A stretch of DNA of 62,710 nucleotides, filler included, from Globobulimina sp. (lineage: Eukaryota), in the NCBI GenBank assembly GCA_003354225.1. It is 12 parts of 12 records of this genome, joined end to end, with 100 filler letters (N's around TTAATTAATTAA, not from the genome) between each part and the next. Parts side by side here need not be neighbours in the genome. Positions count along the whole stretch, not along the records: positions 57,585 to 62,710 come from PIVH01000710.1; 11 more parts are not named here. One strand, written 5' to 3'. The first letter of the stretch is position 1. The number at the start of each line of letters is the position of its first letter. Position numbers and translations under genes: made by a program. The notes below the pieces were generated by a model, which saw only the letters and a list, made by a program, of their open reading frames with translations, was not told where the DNA came from and made no database searches. Shown here one piece after another: positions 58,311-62,710 of the stretch.

Positions 58311-60025
58311 TTATTTTTTGGAATGCGAGCCATAGGAAGGTTTAGATGGAGGTGGTGCGTCTTCTTTGGTGATGGTCATTTTCCGTCTGCCTTTCTTCGA
58401 TGGTGGTTGAGGTTGTTGTGGCTGTTTAGCCATATCTTTCTTAAAAAACACAACTTTTTGTTTATTATTTGCATTTCTATGCGAATCCGGCATAGCTTCA
58501 TGCACCGCATCGGCCGCTTTGGCAGAATTGAAGCTTGCAATAACTTTCTCGATTTCTTTAGTGCCCCCAGATAAAACACCATGCGGCACCATGCCATTCG
58601 GCGATAATTGTTTTAATCGTATGATATTATTTTGATTCTCTTTTAAGACTCTATACATTCTCATTAATTTTGTGACCGCCACCACTTTGCCCTTCAACAC
58701 ACCCGATCTGGCCGAGGTCGATTTGATCTTCGATGTGGTCATTACTTTATTGCTATGACTCTCTAAATTGGTTTGGTTCTCATACGACAAGATGCTGTAT
58801 AACATATCCGTCACTTTCTCAGCCACGAAAGGCAACGACCACGTAAACACATCCATGAAATTGGGTAAATAATAGGGATGCGGCGAGGACACAAACTGCC
58901 GAATATTTAATAATTCATCATCGAATTTGAGACAGGCCCCTTTATTCTTATATACATCGCAATAATTAGGCGCACTAAATATGGTAATCACGCGTGGTAT
59001 TTGTGTCTGTTCATTGATCATTTGCATTTTATAGCCATCAAATTGCGCCTCATGTGCGCGTATAATGGCGGTGAGATTGTTTTTCTTAAGGAACGTAGTC
59101 ACGGCGTCGATGCCAAAGACATAGGAACATTGTCTGGTTTCGTTGTAAGCGAACCATGTGGTGGGCTCTGCATCCATGCTATCCGGATCATCATCATATT
59201 GCTCTGAACCATCCGCCTCCTTCTCATCATCCACCGGATCCGCCCATAATAAATCGCAAAAGGGTCCCTCGCGCGGTACCTCTTGAAATCTATCTAAATC
59301 TTCGATATCGCGTAGAGTGGAGATATCTGGCGATAATCCGCCATGGCAACATAAGAATTTCCCATTGATGGTGGCGGCAATGGGCAATTTGTCAAACATA
59401 TTCATGATTAAATCGTATAATTCTAAATTATATTTATATAAACATTCGTCTTTAAAATTAAAAAATGAGGTTAAATGTCGACATTCGTGATTCCCACGGA
59501 TTTGGAAGAATGTGTTACTGAATCTTATCCTGACAATAAATATGAAGGGATATGGCATCAAAGTGGATTGAAATGGATTGGTTTTAACTTGTGGGCACAT
59601 AAAAAAAATACACATTCTGTGCTAAAGCATCCGCGGTCCACATAATCTCCTAAGAATAAATATTGTGTATCCGATGGATCACCGCCGGCCTCCATTAACC
59701 TCAATAAATCGAAAAACTGTCCATGGATGTCACCGCAGACAGTGATGGGATCGCGCAATCGCAATAAATTGTTCTCTTTCTTGTAGACTTCGGTGGCGCT
59801 TTTTACTATAAAATAGGCGTCGTCCAATGATAACCGACCCTCTCTATTTAAATGTTCACCTAACACTTCCAAATCTATCTCGCCAGAAGGACCGGAAAAT
59901 AATTTATTATGTGCGAGTGCAAAGCGTGGCGGCGCTACTACATCTTTCATGGTTCTGTCATCATCTTCCGTGTCTATTTTAGCTTCATCTTCGAATGATT
60001 GTAACTTTGGTGGGTTGTTGTTCAT
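58311..60025 (-). CDS. PPP3C: Calcineurin A (PP2B catalytic subunit); intron 59530-59588
   Basis: GDIHG, GDYVDRG, RGNHE, SAPNY; CnB-binding LPNFMDVFTWSLPFV; CaM-binding helix; autoinhibitory SF..AK..D..EAMP. Confidence 0.95.
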
Positions 60026-60149
60026 GATTCAAGAGCAAGCTTCGACTCAATTAATTCTGAAGATAAAAAATGTTACTAATAATAAAAAAATACTTTACAA
60101 AAAAAAAACATCTTCGTAGTCACAACAAAAAAGGCTTTACAATTTTCAA

Positions 60150-62710
60150 CTATTGAAATTGCTCAGGAGCGTCCCACGTAGTTTCTCCAGTCTTTAAATT
60201 TTCAAAGTAATATTCACCAGAAGTCGGATCAAAATGCCTTAACCATTCTTGCTGCGGCGATGCCTCTGAGAAACAGGCGGGAGCCTCCCACTGCGTTTTT
60301 TGGGTTTGTATGTTTTCAAAGTAATAATCATCAGAATCATGATCCTTCCTTGCAATCCATTTTTCCTCCGGATCACTAAATTCCAACGGTTTATCCCAAC
60401 TCGTTTGCCCCGAATCAATATTTTCAAAATACAATTCCCCAGAATCTACATCTAAATGGGCCAACCAATGCGGTTTGACAGCCTCGACTGGTTTGTCCCA
60501 CTGCGTCAAGCCATCCTTTATTCGCTCATAAAAAACATCGCCAGACTCACCATCCAAATGACACAGCCACACATAATCGTCATCGTCATCGCCACCAACA
60601 TCCTTTTTCTCCTCCGGCATAGGTCTCTGTTTCTTTTCTTCCATCTTTTGTTCGTGTTGCTGTTGGATCGGATTTACCGGCGGCCCTTTATTATTCTTGT
60701 CTGCTTTTTTTAAATTCGCGCCAAAATCAAATGTCGCCTTACCCGGTAACTGTTGCGGTGGTTTATTGCTTTTATTCTGTTTTTTCATCGGTTTATTATT
60801 CACCAACTTTGGTTGCGGCGCAACGGCCCCAGCCAGCGGTTCATTTGCTGACTCAAAATATTCATCCGTCTCCGTGGCTTTTTCATCATAAAAACTCACG
60901 GTTAGCGGCGCCCAAGTCGGGACATCTGGAGGTTCCTCCAAAAAATCTCGCTTTATTGGCCGTATTCCATTCAATATATCTTGCATATCTTTCAAGGTCG
61001 GTGCTTTTTTCATGCCGGCGTTGAACGAATATAATATGCTCTGCAGCGCCACCAGTGATTTTTCCTTCCTCTCCGACGACTGATTCCGTACAAAAACCTC
61101 CAAATAATTCTCCAATTCGCGCGAAGGCGCAAACACATACAAGCATAAATTTAATAAATTCCAGCCCCGATTTATACTCTGCACTTTTGGATTGTTGGTC
61201 AACTGTTTAATTAATTGGCAATATATCTCGTTCCGCATCTCCGTTCTGCTATGTCCAATGCGTATAATTTCCAATCCAATCTGGCTCGCATCGCCCCCAT
61301 CGCCGCCCCGATCCGTCATATACATTTGAATCTGTTTAAACAACTCCTTCCCGTCTTTCTTATACTTCTTATCAATGGTCGTCAAATGTGAATGGATCTC
61401 GTCATTGCTCCACAACATCATATTTTGCCGCAATTTGTCCCGTCCAAAGAGTTTCTCCCCCGCCCAATCCTCACACTCTTTCAATATCGGACAATTATTG
61501 ATGGCAAACGACTGCCCGATCTTATCAAATACCAAATCTTTTAATTTTATATTTAACCTCAACTGTCGCTTCAAATCCTGCATCTTCACCGCTTGCCGCA
61601 TCTGTTCCTGCACAAATTTCTCACTGTCTTTGCCCAACGTATCAAACATCCATCGGAAGTAATCAATATAATCGTTGGTAAAATCCAACTCTGTCGCAGC
61701 AAATAAGCATGCTTCCATATGGGGAGTGTCCAAAGTCACTACGGACCGTTCCGATTCCCGATTGATTAAATGGATGCGGTCTCGCATCCGCAGCGCCAAT
61801 TTGCATTTGTCCGTCTCGTACTGTTCGCGTTCAATAATGATACAAACACGACATAACTTATCAATATCTTTCTCATCGATGGCTTCTGTCAATAATTTCT
61901 TGGTTGCTGCGTCAATACGAGACTCAATATAGACATTCAATAACTTCTTGGCCTTCCGCGACAAGTCATTATCGATGTTATATCGCTTACAGGCCCTCAC
62001 GGCCCGCGCCATCCGCTCATAATGCAATTCTGGCTCATCCAACGCCTTCACGTTGGTGGCAATCAATTCCGTCAAAGTCTGATCCATTTTGCGTTTTTCC
62101 ATAATAATATTGCGCTTCAACTCAAGTACCCGATGTTCCATGGCCCGGTATAATAACATGGTCTTTCCTTCGCGTACGTTGCTCATATTTAATTTCAAGA
62201 ACTTAACAATTTTTAAGCAGCCTTTCAAGCCACTTCGACTGATATTGGATGTATCCATTTTCGCCTCCTCTTCTAATATACACTTATAGCGATCTACAAA
62301 TTGATTATGTTTTAAGCGAAAAGGAAAGCCGCCTTTACGGATTTTGACCGCCTCAAAGACGCCGCTATATGTCATTTGTTCAAAACAATTGCGGGGCACA
62401 AAGGATAATGGCTCCTTATCATCGTTTGGTTTAATACAACGGATATAATGCGGCTGTGTGGCTTGCAACGTTTGCATCAATTTATTTAATTGGATGCGAA
62501 ACTGTGCAGATAACGTCATTTTGCGTTTAGAAGACGACATATTTTTCTTAGGGAATAAAGTTTTAAAGATGGCTTCTTTTGCGCCATTTAGTAAAATAAA
62601 CAAGCCCTCATCCAAAATATCTTTATTTTTCTCCATAAAACCATGGGTATCATAGACGACATCGCCGGCGTAATGGGACAGTACAATGCACTCATCGTCT
62701 TTGACATATT
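60150..62710 (-). CDS. Myosin (class IV-like): motor C-terminus, MyTH4 and four WW domains; 5'-truncated
   Basis: HYAGDVVYD, PHYIRCIKPN, GFPFR; MyTH4 RNEIYCQLIKQLTNNP; four W..H.D..SG..Y..N...G.T.W..P repeats. Confidence 0.92.
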   Translation of the reverse strand, partial: YVKDDECIVLSHYAGDVVYDTHGFMEKNKDILDEGLFILLNGAKEAIFKTLFPKKNMSSSKRKMTLSAQFRIQLNKLMQTLQATQPHYIRCIKPNDDKEPLSFVPRNCFEQMTYSGVFEAVKIRKGGFPFRLKHNQFVDRYKCILEEEAKMDTSNISRSGLKGCLKIVKFLKLNMSNVREGKTMLLYRAMEHRVLELKRNIIMEKRKMDQTLTELIATNVKALDEPELHYERMARAVRACKRYNIDNDLSRKAKKLLNVYIESRIDAATKKLLTEAIDEKDIDKLCRVCIIIEREQYETDKCKLALRMRDRIHLINRESERSVVTLDTPHMEACLFAATELDFTNDYIDYFRWMFDTLGKDSEKFVQEQMRQAVKMQDLKRQLRLNIKLKDLVFDKIGQSFAINNCPILKECEDWAGEKLFGRDKLRQNMMLWSNDEIHSHLTTIDKKYKKDGKELFKQIQMYMTDRGGDGGDASQIGLEIIRIGHSRTEMRNEIYCQLIKQLTNNPKVQSINRGWNLLNLCLYVFAPSRELENYLEVFVRNQSSERKEKSLVALQSILYSFNAGMKKAPTLKDMQDILNGIRPIKRDFLEEPPDVPTWAPLTVSFYDEKATETDEYFESANEPLAGAVAPQPKLVNNKPMKKQNKSNKPPQQLPGKATFDFGANLKKADKNNKGPPVNPIQQQHEQKMEEKKQRPMPEEKKDVGGDDDDDYVWLCHLDGESGDVFYERIKDGLTQWDKPVEAVKPHWLAHLDVDSGELYFENIDSGQTSWDKPLEFSDPEEKWIARKDHDSDDYYFENIQTQKTQWEAPACFSEASPQQEWLRHFDPTSGEYYFENLKTGETTWDAPEQFQ

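Overview
This window is not one locus. It is 12 unrelated contigs of about 5.1 kb each, sorted by size and joined by artificial N-TTAATTAATTAA-N spacers. Eleven contigs are from an AT-rich, intron-bearing microbial eukaryote; a foraminifer/rhizarian is my inference from short GT-AG introns, Asn/Asp runs, a MyTH4-WW myosin, several sulfotransferases and a nitrate transporter. Host genes include ankyrin proteins, a prominin/tweety-like protein, a Hippo/MST-like STE20 kinase with a SARAH-like tail, an HRQ1-type helicase, CCT3, NRT2, NIPA, a Dispatched-like RND protein, MROH1, calcineurin A and myosin. There are many mobile-element relics: APE/RT and RT/RNase H non-LTR retrotransposons, a decayed DIRS-type tyrosine-recombinase retroelement, and an unclassified element with GCGAAGC hairpins abutting a BCCT pseudogene. 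Contig 3 (10489-15631) is prokaryotic and looks like a tailed virus or provirus of ammonia-oxidising archaea: portal, head-morphogenesis gene, Nitrosopumilus-type RHH regulator, and a metzincin plus TIMP-like pair. The most notable items are a small PB1 + Z-alpha (Z-DNA/Z-RNA-binding) protein in a protist, the archaeal virus protease/inhibitor cassette with a shared operator-like motif, sheared-GA/GAA hairpin clusters at the ends of two mobile elements, and a tRNA-Asn-like gene split by a ~150-nt insert. All family calls are from motif recognition by eye; no searches were run.
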